A DNA stretch of 64,000 nt. Origin: Patescibacteria group bacterium (GTDB taxonomy: Bacteria > Patescibacteriota > Minisyncoccia > Minisyncoccales > Staskawiczbacteraceae). The position numbers and the translations under genes were made by a program. Below, piece by piece: positions 19,731-29,580 of the stretch. How positions within the stretch are numbered: the stretch's first letter is position 1; each line of letters opens with the position of its first letter. The DNA is taken from positions 2,772 to 66,771 of the forward strand of contig JBBTVX010000001.1 of NCBI GenBank assembly GCA_038063015.1, written 5' to 3'. Under the pieces are notes generated by a model. The model had not been told where the DNA came from. It worked only from the letters and a program-made list of their open reading frames with translations, and did not search any database.

Positions 19731-20515
19731 TTTGACCATATTTTCCATTTCGGGTCTTTTTCCCAAAACTCATTTAATAGTTGAAAATCTCTATATGTAT
19801 CCATGCAATACCAAAAACCCTGATGCTTATAAAGGGCAAGTTGTTTTTCTGGCACCAGTCTCATTAAAGCATCCTCTATCATGTCTCCCGGTTTCAAATA
19901 ATTAAAAAATTCTTTGTTAAAAACCATAAAACCGCCATTGATATAATCGTAAAGCAGGGGTTTTTGGGCAAATTCGGTTACTATATTATTTTCATCTGAA
20001 TTTACCAGTCCCCATCTCGAAACGGGATGGACTCCGGTAACGGTTGCTATTTTTCCATGGCTTTTATGAAACTCCACAAGCTTTTGCATATCTATGTCGG
20101 AAACGCCGTCTCCATAGGTTACCATAAATATTTCATCGTCTTTAATGTGCCTTCTTGTTTTAATCACTCTTTCTCCATGAGGCGTTTCCAACCCCGTATC
20201 GGCGAAAATTATATTGAAATTATCCTCCTCTCCGTTCTTCAAAAAATTTGTGATTTTTCCCTCGCTTGGATTGAAAGAAAAATCGCAATTATAATATTTC
20301 TGTTTCAAAAAATAATCTTTGATATAGTTCCCCTTATATCCCAGCGCAAAAATAAAATCATTATAGCCGTAATGGCTGTAAATTTTCATAATGTGCCACA
20401 AAATAGGCTTTTCACCCACTTCCACCATAGGTTTTGGCTTAAATTCGGTCTCTTCTTTTAACCTGGTGCCCATGCCTCCGCAAAGTATTATTGTTTTAAT
20501 TTTTTGATTGTCCAT
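19727..20515 (-). CDS. rfbF: Glucose-1-phosphate cytidylyltransferase
   Basis: ILCGGMGTRLKEETEFKPKPMVEVGEKPILWHIMKIYSHYGYNDFIFALGYKG is a near-canonical RfbF N-terminus. Confidence 0.85.
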   Translation of the reverse strand: MDNQKIKTIILCGGMGTRLKEETEFKPKPMVEVGEKPILWHIMKIYSHYGYNDFIFALGYKGNYIKDYFLKQKYYNCDFSFNPSEGKITNFLKNGEEDNFNIIFADTGLETPHGERVIKTRRHIKDDEIFMVTYGDGVSDIDMQKLVEFHKSHGKIATVTGVHPVSRWGLVNSDENNIVTEFAQKPLLYDYINGGFMVFNKEFFNYLKPGDMIEDALMRLVPEKQLALYKHQGFWYCMDTYRDFQLLNEFWEKDPKWKIWSK

Positions 20516-21515
20516 AGTTTTTAAATTTTATAGTTTTTCCTTGTTTTTTTGCGCTTTGCCTTAAAGCAAGAATAATTTTAAGGGCTGCCAGCCCGTCTTC
20601 TCCCCCGCTTACTTGCTTTGATGAACCGTCAAGGCAGGAAACTATGTGCCCCACAACTGAACTTACTAAACTTCTTGGCTTGCCTTCTTTTTCAATTTTT
20701 TCAGACAGCTGATAAAAACCTTTGCAATATTTGTTCTCTACTGTTCTACTATATTCAACTTCAAAGCCAAAATTCTTTATGGCAAAATATCCTTTTTCTC
20801 CATAAAAATGAAAATCCGACAAGCCGTAATTTTTAGGAAGAGTTTGCAAGGTTGTCACTGTCCCGCTTTTAAATTTAATTAAAGCGTCTATGTTTTCGTC
20901 GTCTTTTTTCCAAGAAGTTTGTCTGTTTATAAAACCTTTTACCCAATCAACTTCTCCCAAAAAAAATCTTAAAAGGTCTATAACATGAGTTCCGCTATTG
21001 AGCAGTCCATTGTAATAATAGCAATTTACTTGAACAATTTTACCTATTAAACCATTGTTAATTTTTGCCTGCCACTTCTGCAACAAAGGGTCAAACCGAC
21101 GCTGATGATTAATAAATAATAAGGATTTGCTTTCTTTGCATTTTTTAATCATTTCTTCAGTTTGTTTTATCGACCCAGCAATCGGTTTCTCACAAAGTAT
21201 TGCCGGTATTTTATATTTTGCCGCCATTTTAACCAAAGAGGCATGGGAACCGGAGTTCGTGGCAATAGAAACAATGTCCGGTTTTGTTTTTTTGAACATA
21301 TCCTCGGCAGAACCGAATAAAGAAACTCCTGGAAAATATTTTCCGGCATTTTTTAGTTTTTCAGGATTAGTGTCAACTAAAGCAACTAAAACAACTTTTG
21401 GGTTCTTGTCATAACAAGCGGCATGGGTTTCGGGTTGAATCCCTTCAGAATAATTCCATTCTTCGGCCCCAACCTTACCGCACCCAATCACTGCCGCTTT
21501 ATATATTTTTTTCAT
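20496..21515 (-). CDS. Gfo/Idh/MocA-family NAD(P)-dependent sugar oxidoreductase
   Basis: AAVIGCGKVG Rossmann motif, CEKP motif, 339 aa. Confidence 0.75.
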   Translation of the reverse strand: MKKIYKAAVIGCGKVGAEEWNYSEGIQPETHAACYDKNPKVVLVALVDTNPEKLKNAGKYFPGVSLFGSAEDMFKKTKPDIVSIATNSGSHASLVKMAAKYKIPAILCEKPIAGSIKQTEEMIKKCKESKSLLFINHQRRFDPLLQKWQAKINNGLIGKIVQVNCYYYNGLLNSGTHVIDLLRFFLGEVDWVKGFINRQTSWKKDDENIDALIKFKSGTVTTLQTLPKNYGLSDFHFYGEKGYFAIKNFGFEVEYSRTVENKYCKGFYQLSEKIEKEGKPRSLVSSVVGHIVSCLDGSSKQVSGGEDGLAALKIILALRQSAKKQGKTIKFKNYGQSKN

Positions 21516-21516
21516 A

Positions 21517-22503
21517 TTATTCTATGTCACCGTCTATAAAAAACGGTGTTTCTTTATTATATAGTTTTTTTTCAATAATGTTTCCAATCTTTTGCAAATC
21601 GCCTTTAACCCCCCCTTTTCTGGCGATAAATATCAAATGAGTCCCAAATTGTTCTATGAAATTAATTATGGGCAATGGAATTTTTGAAGTATTTTTATAA
21701 AACTTATTAACTAACATTGAAAGAATAGCTGAGCGCTTGCCACCAATTGAAATATTTTTTCTCCAAGATAGCCCGCCAGGAAAAACATAATAATCCTTAA
21801 AACCTAAATTTTCTAAAAATATTTCTGCGGTTTTTTTTCGCCAAAAAGTCATGTGATATGGCGGCGAATCTCCTCCGCAGCTTTCAATAACGAAATCATC
21901 AATTATTTTTAAAAGCTTATAGTAATATCTGTTTCTGTTGGGCAAGCTCCCGATAAAATAACCGCCATCAGCCAAGTGTCTATATATATTTTGACCGACA
22001 ACTAATGGTTTATCGGCATGCTCCAGAATATCTAAAGCAGAAATGACATTAAAAGCATTAGGCCATTCTTTCGGGATATTAAATTGCTCTCCGCTTGTTA
22101 TGTGAAATTTAACAAAGGGACAATTCTGATTCAGCGCGCTTAAATAACTTTTAGAGACATCAATAGCATAAGTGTCAAATCCTAATCTATGAGCATGAAA
22201 CAAAAATGTTCCCGGACCAGTCCCAATATCTAAAATTGTTCCTTTTTTAATCAAATTTAAAAAAATAACTAAGGAAGAATAAGTAAAGTTCCTTCTTAAG
22301 GACTTTTCCAGCAATCTCTTAAAATCTACTTTTTCATAGGGTTGATTATAATCAGCCAAACTTTTGGCCGGCCAAGAAAACTCTCCCTTGCATTTTAAAC
22401 AGCCGAATAATTTATATCCGGAGATATTTTTTATAAATCTGTTTTCAGCGCTATTGCAAATCGGACAAGTAATATTAAATTTTGAAAAATTTTCCTCTTT
22501 CAT
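21517..22503 (-). CDS. Class I SAM methyltransferase with N-terminal zinc ribbon
   Basis: CPICNS...CLKC then ILDIGTGPGTF. Start set at ATG 22503 because the track start 22521 is a TTG. Confidence 0.7.
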   Translation of the reverse strand: MKEENFSKFNITCPICNSAENRFIKNISGYKLFGCLKCKGEFSWPAKSLADYNQPYEKVDFKRLLEKSLRRNFTYSSLVIFLNLIKKGTILDIGTGPGTFLFHAHRLGFDTYAIDVSKSYLSALNQNCPFVKFHITSGEQFNIPKEWPNAFNVISALDILEHADKPLVVGQNIYRHLADGGYFIGSLPNRNRYYYKLLKIIDDFVIESCGGDSPPYHMTFWRKKTAEIFLENLGFKDYYVFPGGLSWRKNISIGGKRSAILSMLVNKFYKNTSKIPLPIINFIEQFGTHLIFIARKGGVKGDLQKIGNIIEKKLYNKETPFFIDGDIE

Positions 22504-23536
22504 CTTGATATATTTCGTCAAAATAACGAATTAACCGGGTGCCCCATTTTATTTTTGGCTTTTTCCAACTTTCTCCTATGACGTTTTTTATTGCCAAACG
22601 CACAAGGTCAACGCCAGCCGCAACGCTAAGAAGCGCCGCGCCGTGAATTCTAGAATTTGCTTCTAATGCCCTCGGAACGCCTTTTTCGTCTTTTATAAAT
22701 TGTATTCCTACTATTGTGCTAAGATTAAGGCTGGCAACTATCTTTTCAGAATATTTTATAATTTCTTTTTCTTTGACGACCTGCCCTAAAAAACTAGCCC
22801 CTAAAAGGATTTTATCTCTTGTTCTTGGAATAACAATTTGAGCTTGACCATTATTGGCTAAAATATCAACGCTATACTCCTTACCGGATAAAAATTGCAT
22901 CACCAAAATTTCCGGGAAATCTTTGGCTTCTTTTAAAATTAAACAAATTTCAGAAAAGCCAGCCATAACGCTTTCTGGATGGTCTTTTAAAAGAGAATGC
23001 AACCGATTGTTTTTTGATGACAGAACCCTAAATCCTCTGCTTCCGCTGGAAATTGTAGGCTTGAAACAAACTGCCTTCTCGGGATAACCCAATTGAAAAA
23101 CAGCCCTCCGAAAATCTTTATAATTTTTGACCTTGATAAAATCCGGAACAGGGATTCCTTTTTCTTTGCAAAATACAAAAAACCTTTCTTTGTCTTCCGC
23201 AATTTGTATGCTTTCTAAAGATGATAATAAAACCAACGTGCCTATTTTTTCAAATTTATCTTTATTGCTGGCAATTGAAATAAGCTCCCTTGGATCAATT
23301 GGAATTAAGATTATAACTTTTTCTTTTTTGCAAATTCTTAAAAGATCATCTACATAGTTCTTGTCTTCTGGCTGGGAAACAAAATACCCTTTATCAATAA
23401 AAGAAAAACCCATCGTCTCTCTCTCGGAGGAGGTGCCTATAATCCTAAATCCTTTCCCCAGCCGTTTAAGATATCGTCCAAAGCTTGGGAATCCCGATCC
23501 GGATGCCGAGGTTACGAGTATGGTTTTTTTACTCAT
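22475..23536 (-). CDS. ATP-grasp ligase (carbamoyl-phosphate-synthase-like ATP-binding domain)
   Basis: 353 aa with an ATP-grasp layout: KPTISSGSRGFRVL, a QFLSGKEYSVD-type segment, and EANSRIHG near the C-terminus. Confidence 0.65.
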   Translation of the reverse strand: MSKKTILVTSASGSGFPSFGRYLKRLGKGFRIIGTSSERETMGFSFIDKGYFVSQPEDKNYVDDLLRICKKEKVIILIPIDPRELISIASNKDKFEKIGTLVLLSSLESIQIAEDKERFFVFCKEKGIPVPDFIKVKNYKDFRRAVFQLGYPEKAVCFKPTISSGSRGFRVLSSKNNRLHSLLKDHPESVMAGFSEICLILKEAKDFPEILVMQFLSGKEYSVDILANNGQAQIVIPRTRDKILLGASFLGQVVKEKEIIKYSEKIVASLNLSTIVGIQFIKDEKGVPRALEANSRIHGAALLSVAAGVDLVRLAIKNVIGESWKKPKIKWGTRLIRYFDEIYQDERGKFFKI

Positions 23537-25950
23537 ATTAATATGCTTTTTAATTGATTAAAATTTTTCATTTGTTGGCTGGGAATGATGAATGTTTTTA
23601 TGCCGGCAACCCTGCCCAGTTGCAATTCAGAGGCGGAGTCTCCTATTAATAAACATTGGTTGTTTTTAATTTTCATTCTTTTCAAAATTTTATTTAATCC
23701 CTCGGGATGAGGTTTTAAATACTTAACGTCGTCGCTTCCAATTATTATTTTAGGTTTGGGCAGTTTAAATTTTTTAAAAATTTCAACAATACACTGGCTG
23801 TTATTATTGCTAAGAATTGCGAAAGGAATATCATTAATATGTAAAAATTCTAAAAAATCTTTAGCGCCGGGCATTAGTTCAGCTTTTTCCGCCGACTTTA
23901 ATTCTTCTTTATTAACAATGGATAGCAAATCGGCATAAAATTTTTTCGTTTTTGACACTGTTTTGGCAATTTCGTATATCGGCTTAGGGTGGGAGAAATC
24001 AGCTTTAACGCCGTTCTTGGCGCAAAAATTTTCCATTTCCTTTCTGACAAAAACCCAATTTACTTTAAGGTCCGCTATCGTTCGGTCAAAATCAAGAATT
24101 ACTGTATTTCTATTTTTTATTGAATGGTATTCTTTACTTCGGATATTCTTGACAATAACCATATCTATTCTTTTTTTGTTTATTTCCAAAATTTGAGGAT
24201 TTTGTTTAAGGAATTCAAGAATATCTTTCGTGCCAAAAATTTTATTTTTCTTATCCAAAGCGTTAAAAATCTTTCTTGTAAGAATCAAATCTTCGGGATA
24301 ATCAAGGGTCAAACGTATCGTGGAAAGATTAACGGAATTTTTTAAATTATAAATCCTAAACTTTTTAGGATGCTCCATAATATAGGCGCCGTAGCATTCC
24401 CGATAAAAAGGATTTTTCATTTCTCTGTCCAGCCTTTCAAAGGTTGAAACAGGTATAATATCCATATCCAAACCGTGGGGAAAAGTAGGGGGGGAAGAAT
24501 TAGTGAAAAAATCAAATTTATTATAATTTTTTTTATATATTTTTACTATTTCGTCCACTATTTCAGGGTCAACGAAAGGACAATCTCCGGTAACTAATAA
24601 TAAAGCGTCCGCATTAAATTTTTTAGCAGATTCATACTGCCTTGAAATTAAATCATATTCTGATCCTCTGTGGCATTTAAGTCCAATTTTTTCTGCATGT
24701 TCCGCTAAAATATCATTTTCTTTGCTGTTTACGGTTGCCAAAACTATATCATCAATTTCTTTAGCCGCTTTTAATCTGCGGAACATGTTTTCAATTAAAC
24801 TTTTGCCGGAAATTTTTAACAAAGCCTTTCCTTTGAGCCGTTTTGAACCCATTCTTGCTTGAATACATGCAATCACTTTTAATTTTTTTTCGCCAGATGG
24901 CGGATTGTTTTCAAAAATTTTTGTTATAAAATTTATTACTTTTTGAGTAGATTTATTTTCTGTATATTTTTTAATTAATTTTGAATTATTTTTTTGAAAC
25001 GTCTGAAAAAGCATCTTTTTAAGAATAGGATAAAGCTCTTCTTTCTTATAAACAGGAGTAGATAAACCGAATCTATTGCTAATTAAAAGGTCTGCGCCTT
25101 TTAAATTGGGCTGGTAGCTTAACACTTTCTTGCCCAACATGGCCGCCTCAAAGAGCACCACTGAATTAATTCCAGCGATTATTTCTGATTTTTTAATTAA
25201 TTCTTTATTATATGGTTTTTTTTCTTTTTCTATTTTTATATTTGAATTTTTTATTATTTTATCAAACTTATCAAGTTTTTTAGAACGCGGATGAAAATTA
25301 ATAATAATTTTTTTATTTAAATCGATTTTTTCCAACGCCTTAACAATGTCTTCAAAAACCTGAACTTCATCAAATTTGGTGCAATTTTTATAATCTTTCC
25401 TGCTGTTTTTATATATTTCAGAAAATGGCTGAGAAAAAAAGGCAATATGGGCTTTGTTTGGTTTATGTAAAATAATTTTTGAAAATGAGTCAAAATATGG
25501 ATTTCCTGTAATAAAAATTTTATTTGCTGGCAAACCGTCTGCCGTCATTTGCTTTTTCATTATTTCATCTACCGCTAAAATGTAATCGGGCAAATATTTT
25601 AAGTTTCCTGTCTCTGGGTCGCTGAAAGACGGGGCATAATCTGTCCAAAAATCAACTATACTGATTGTCGGTATGTTTTTAGCTTTGGCCATGGCTATTA
25701 TTATTTTTTCTATAGAATCGGCAAAACTGGTGCCTGTAAAAACCAAGTCCGCTCCGTTTATGTTAAACGATTTTTTACCGGCATCTGAATATTTTATATT
25801 CAGTTTCTCGGCAAGTAGGCAGGCGTGTTTGGCTAAAATCACCGACATATTAAATCTTTTATCTTTTTCGAGTTTTTTTATAACCGGAGCTATCGCATTA
25901 AATCCTCCCGGGTCTTGGGCGGTAAAAATGATTTTATATTTTCTTTTCAT
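23533..25950 (-). CDS. Three-domain fusion: N-terminal GT-B-like domain (PseG/epimerase-like), central SpsF-type cytidylyltransferase, C-terminal HAD phosphatase
   Basis: The central domain has IQARMGSKRLKGK and TGDCPFVDPEIVDE (SpsF/CTP_transf_3 type). The C-terminal domain has ILDFDRTIADL (DxD HAD motif I), SNNNSQ and GDSASE. The N-terminal 340 aa look like a two-Rossmann GT-B fold, called by eye only. Confidence 0.6.
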   Translation of the reverse strand: MKRKYKIIFTAQDPGGFNAIAPVIKKLEKDKRFNMSVILAKHACLLAEKLNIKYSDAGKKSFNINGADLVFTGTSFADSIEKIIIAMAKAKNIPTISIVDFWTDYAPSFSDPETGNLKYLPDYILAVDEIMKKQMTADGLPANKIFITGNPYFDSFSKIILHKPNKAHIAFFSQPFSEIYKNSRKDYKNCTKFDEVQVFEDIVKALEKIDLNKKIIINFHPRSKKLDKFDKIIKNSNIKIEKEKKPYNKELIKKSEIIAGINSVVLFEAAMLGKKVLSYQPNLKGADLLISNRFGLSTPVYKKEELYPILKKMLFQTFQKNNSKLIKKYTENKSTQKVINFITKIFENNPPSGEKKLKVIACIQARMGSKRLKGKALLKISGKSLIENMFRRLKAAKEIDDIVLATVNSKENDILAEHAEKIGLKCHRGSEYDLISRQYESAKKFNADALLLVTGDCPFVDPEIVDEIVKIYKKNYNKFDFFTNSSPPTFPHGLDMDIIPVSTFERLDREMKNPFYRECYGAYIMEHPKKFRIYNLKNSVNLSTIRLTLDYPEDLILTRKIFNALDKKNKIFGTKDILEFLKQNPQILEINKKRIDMVIVKNIRSKEYHSIKNRNTVILDFDRTIADLKVNWVFVRKEMENFCAKNGVKADFSHPKPIYEIAKTVSKTKKFYADLLSIVNKEELKSAEKAELMPGAKDFLEFLHINDIPFAILSNNNSQCIVEIFKKFKLPKPKIIIGSDDVKYLKPHPEGLNKILKRMKIKNNQCLLIGDSASELQLGRVAGIKTFIIPSQQMKNFNQLKSILI

Positions 25951-27241
25951 ATCTTTTTAACTCTGCAATATTCTCCTCAATTTTTTTAACAGCTTCAATG
26001 AATAAATCAATGTCTTTTTTTGTCTGAGGCGGATGGCAAATAGTTGCTATTAAAAGCTCTTTTTCAGACATTCTTTCCGCAACGGGACAAATTCCTTTTT
26101 TGTAACTAATATTATGAGGATATTCTTTAGAAATAAAGGGAAATTTACAATTAGGATACATTTGCTGTTTTTGATAAACCGGCATTAAATAAACCGGATC
26201 TTCGCACCCTATCACGAGCGGAAATCCTTCGGCTTTCATTGCATTTACAAAAGTTTGTCTTTTAATATTAATTTTTTCTGATAAAAATCTGAAACCATAA
26301 CCATAATAAACATGAATGCTATTTTTAAAAACCGAAGGAGGAATCAGCCATTTGAATTGCGAAAGTTGTTTGCTTAAATAATCGGCAAGCATTGTTCTTG
26401 GTTTATTTAGTTTATCCATTTTTTTAAACTGTTCTATGGCAATTGCCGCCTGAATTTCAGTTAAACGAAAATTGTTTCCCAAAATTGGTTCGTAATTTTT
26501 TTTGCTATGACCTGATTTGCATAAATCATTGATAACCGCTTCTCCATGGTTTCTAATAAGTTGAGCCCTAAAAGCATATTTTTTATTATTAGTAACCAAT
26601 GCTCCTCCTTCTCCGCATTGGATGATTTTATGAACATTAAAGCTAAAAACGCCTATGTCGCCGATCGTACCGGTAAATTTACCGTTATATGTTGCTCCGG
26701 CTGATTGAGCATTGTCTTCAATAATTTTTAATTTATATTTTTTTGCTATTTTTAAAATAGGATTATAATTTGCCGAACCGCCAAGCATATTAACAGCCAA
26801 AATTGCTTTGGTTTTATCGTTAATATTTTTTTCAATGCTTTCGGGGTCAAGGCAAAAGCTATTTTCTTCTATGTCGGCAAAAACTGGCAATGCGTTATTA
26901 AAAAGAATAGCCGAAGCAGTGGCTGTCATGGTATAGGGCGAGGTAATTACTTCATCTCCGGGACCAATTCCTAAAGCTCCTACTGCTGCCTGCAGGGCAG
27001 TGGTGGCGGAATTAAAACTAACAGCATATTTAACCTTAAAATGCTTGCAAATCCTTGTTTCTAACTCTTTTACATATTTGCCACCCAAAAAATAACTGCC
27101 GGCCCTGCCGACAAATCCGGAAAGAATTCTCTCTTTTACTGCTTTAAGCGCAGCCCTCTCTTCCTCTTTGCCAATAAAATTATATTGAGGCAAAGGTTTT
27201 TTTATTACCGGCCTTCCGCCGAATAAAGCAAGTTTTTTCAT
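25934..27241 (-). CDS. DegT/DnrJ/EryC1/StrS-family PLP-dependent sugar aminotransferase/dehydratase
   Basis: 435 aa with FNSATTALQAAV, the SFNVHKII Lys motif and NFRLTEIQAAIAIEQ. Confidence 0.8.
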   Translation of the reverse strand: MKKLALFGGRPVIKKPLPQYNFIGKEEERAALKAVKERILSGFVGRAGSYFLGGKYVKELETRICKHFKVKYAVSFNSATTALQAAVGALGIGPGDEVITSPYTMTATASAILFNNALPVFADIEENSFCLDPESIEKNINDKTKAILAVNMLGGSANYNPILKIAKKYKLKIIEDNAQSAGATYNGKFTGTIGDIGVFSFNVHKIIQCGEGGALVTNNKKYAFRAQLIRNHGEAVINDLCKSGHSKKNYEPILGNNFRLTEIQAAIAIEQFKKMDKLNKPRTMLADYLSKQLSQFKWLIPPSVFKNSIHVYYGYGFRFLSEKINIKRQTFVNAMKAEGFPLVIGCEDPVYLMPVYQKQQMYPNCKFPFISKEYPHNISYKKGICPVAERMSEKELLIATICHPPQTKKDIDLFIEAVKKIEENIAELKRYEKKI

Positions 27242-27253
27242 AATTTTATAATT

Positions 27254-27955
27254 TTATGTTTTAACTCCGCTTTTAATAATAGATAAAGATTTATCTCCTT
27301 CATTAAAAACTAAATCAACCGCTGATAAATAGGGAACAAATTCTCCCCAAAGTTGAGAATATTCCGGATGTTTATAATCTTGAAATTTTATTATAATACC
27401 TTCTTTTTGGAATAGGGATTTATCCAAAATCTCTTCTGCTCCCTTGGCGTCGTATAAACAAGTTATTCCTTGGTTCTTGCATAAATTTATAACTTTTTCT
27501 GTTTTTTCCATGTTTTCGTCTTTTAAATTAAGTTTTGAAGAAAAAATAATCTTTGTTTTAATTCCTAAAATATCGCAAACTAATTTTATTAAATCCGTAT
27601 TTAAATCCTTTAATAAAACATATTTTTTAGAATAAATTTTTTCAAACAGGATTTTATGTTTTTCAAAATGCGGGGATTTTTTATAAGACAGCATTATTGT
27701 TTTCCAGTGGTTTTCTAAATGGTTTCCCTGCGAGTAAGATATTTTAATTTCAGATATCCGTGTTTTTTGCGACGCTTTCTCAACCGGAACGGTTAAATAA
27801 GTTTCTCCATTGGCTGTTTTAATTCTGTTTCTGTTTTGCCAGGACTTCCTTTCAAATTGAACGTGGTCAAAAACAACAAAAACATCTGAAGAATCAATCA
27901 TTTCAAAATATCCGAGCCATGGCAAATAAGTTGGTTGCAATATTGTTCCTTTCAT
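27254..27955 (-). CDS. WbqC-family protein
   Basis: ILQPTYLPWLGYFEMIDSSDVFVVFDHVQFERKSWQNRNRI is the hallmark WbqC N-terminus. Confidence 0.8.
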   Translation of the reverse strand: MKGTILQPTYLPWLGYFEMIDSSDVFVVFDHVQFERKSWQNRNRIKTANGETYLTVPVEKASQKTRISEIKISYSQGNHLENHWKTIMLSYKKSPHFEKHKILFEKIYSKKYVLLKDLNTDLIKLVCDILGIKTKIIFSSKLNLKDENMEKTEKVINLCKNQGITCLYDAKGAEEILDKSLFQKEGIIIKFQDYKHPEYSQLWGEFVPYLSAVDLVFNEGDKSLSIIKSGVKT

Positions 27956-27957
27956 TA

Positions 27958-29580
27958 TTAAATATCTATTCCTAATTTAGAAACATAATGAGACCAATCA
28001 AATGATTTATCGGTCTCCAATATGTTTTTTGCCTTGCTTAAATACTGTTTTCTTTTTTCAGTGTCGTTTCTTTTCCTCATAATTTCCGCCAAACAGAAAA
28101 AGGCGAAAAAATGCTTAGGGACTATTTCAAGAACATAATTAAAATCTCTTTCGGCTTGGTCTAGCGCTTTTTTTGTTCCCAATAACAAGTTTCTATTTTC
28201 CAAAAAATTATATTTAATGTTATACAGATAATTCCATTCGTTTAATTCCTCTTTTGTGTAATCAATATATTTAATTTCCGCCGCGCTATGGAATTCATAA
28301 TCTTTACAATCTTCTGCCCCGTATTCGGCCGTTAACTTATTATCAATGCAATAATCATATAACTCTGTTCCCGGAAACGGCTGAAAACAATAATATGCCC
28401 TCCAATCAAGGTCTAATTCCCCCCCAAATTCAAGCGTCTCTATAAAATCTTTTTTTGTTTCAAAAGGAAATCCCACGATAAAAAAACCAACGATAAAAGC
28501 ATCGCCGTGTTTTCTAATTAATTTAACTAAATTATCCACTTCATTAAGAAAAAGAGGTTTTTTAACTTTCTTTAATGTTTCGGCGTTGCCAGACTCAATG
28601 GCGATATTAAACGCGGCGATGCCGGCTTCATACATATTTTTAATTACTTCTTCATCGTTAATTGTCCTTACTGACAATCCTCCGCCTACAATCCATTTAA
28701 TATTCAGTTTTTTAATCTCGCGTAATAATTCTAAAAACCATTCTTTATTTACAGACATATTTTCGTCATTAAAAACAATGGTGTTTATGCCGTAATTTTT
28801 TTTTAAAAATCTTATTTCCTCTATTATTAAACCGACTTCCCTACATCTCCAAATATGCTTAAAAAATTTAGACGAAGAACAAAACGTACATCGATTTGGA
28901 CAGCCCCTTGTAGCAGTCATAGCCCCTAACTTTATTTCGCCTTTTTTAAATATTCTGTATAAAAAATTTTTACCTTCTTTATAATAATATTCCATTTTAA
29001 TGTCTTCCCATGGCAATCTTTTTGACGTCTTAAATCCCTGCCAAAAAGTTTTTCTATCATTTTTTATTATTTCTCCGTCTTTAACAAACGCTATGCCCTC
29101 AACATTTTCTAAATTAGAAAAACCATTTAAGGCGTCAATCAAGTCTGCAAGACCCAATTCGCCCTCAGACACAACAGCATAGTCAATGTTTTTATCCGCT
29201 AAAGCAATCTTTGTTATATGCGTTGGATAATGTCCGCCTAAAACAACTTTAATATTGGCGTCAACTTCCTTAATTTTTTTAGCAATATCATGGAAAATAT
29301 CCCTGCTGGTATAATATAAAGCAGAAATGGCGACTAAATCCGGCTTATACGAAGTTATTAACTCTTCTATGGTTTGCTTTAAATCTTTTTTACTAATAAA
29401 TTTCATTTCAATATTTAAATCAACAAAATATGTATCATATTTTTTTGTATCTTTTAAATATGAATAAACATATAGCAGCCCTATGGGTGGCTCAAAATAG
29501 GAATACGTTTGATTTTTTAATTCTCCAACCAAAACCGGATCTGGTGGATTTAAAAATAATATTTTTTTGATAGTTTTCAT
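27958..29580 (-). CDS. Class B (cobalamin-binding domain) radical SAM enzyme with helical C-terminal tail
   Basis: N-terminal B12-binding-like Rossmann region (DLVAISALYYT...VVLGGHYPT), the radical SAM cluster motif CPNRCTFC, and a TPR-like C-terminal end. Confidence 0.75.
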   Translation of the reverse strand: MKTIKKILFLNPPDPVLVGELKNQTYSYFEPPIGLLYVYSYLKDTKKYDTYFVDLNIEMKFISKKDLKQTIEELITSYKPDLVAISALYYTSRDIFHDIAKKIKEVDANIKVVLGGHYPTHITKIALADKNIDYAVVSEGELGLADLIDALNGFSNLENVEGIAFVKDGEIIKNDRKTFWQGFKTSKRLPWEDIKMEYYYKEGKNFLYRIFKKGEIKLGAMTATRGCPNRCTFCSSSKFFKHIWRCREVGLIIEEIRFLKKNYGINTIVFNDENMSVNKEWFLELLREIKKLNIKWIVGGGLSVRTINDEEVIKNMYEAGIAAFNIAIESGNAETLKKVKKPLFLNEVDNLVKLIRKHGDAFIVGFFIVGFPFETKKDFIETLEFGGELDLDWRAYYCFQPFPGTELYDYCIDNKLTAEYGAEDCKDYEFHSAAEIKYIDYTKEELNEWNYLYNIKYNFLENRNLLLGTKKALDQAERDFNYVLEIVPKHFFAFFCLAEIMRKRNDTEKRKQYLSKAKNILETDKSFDWSHYVSKLGIDI

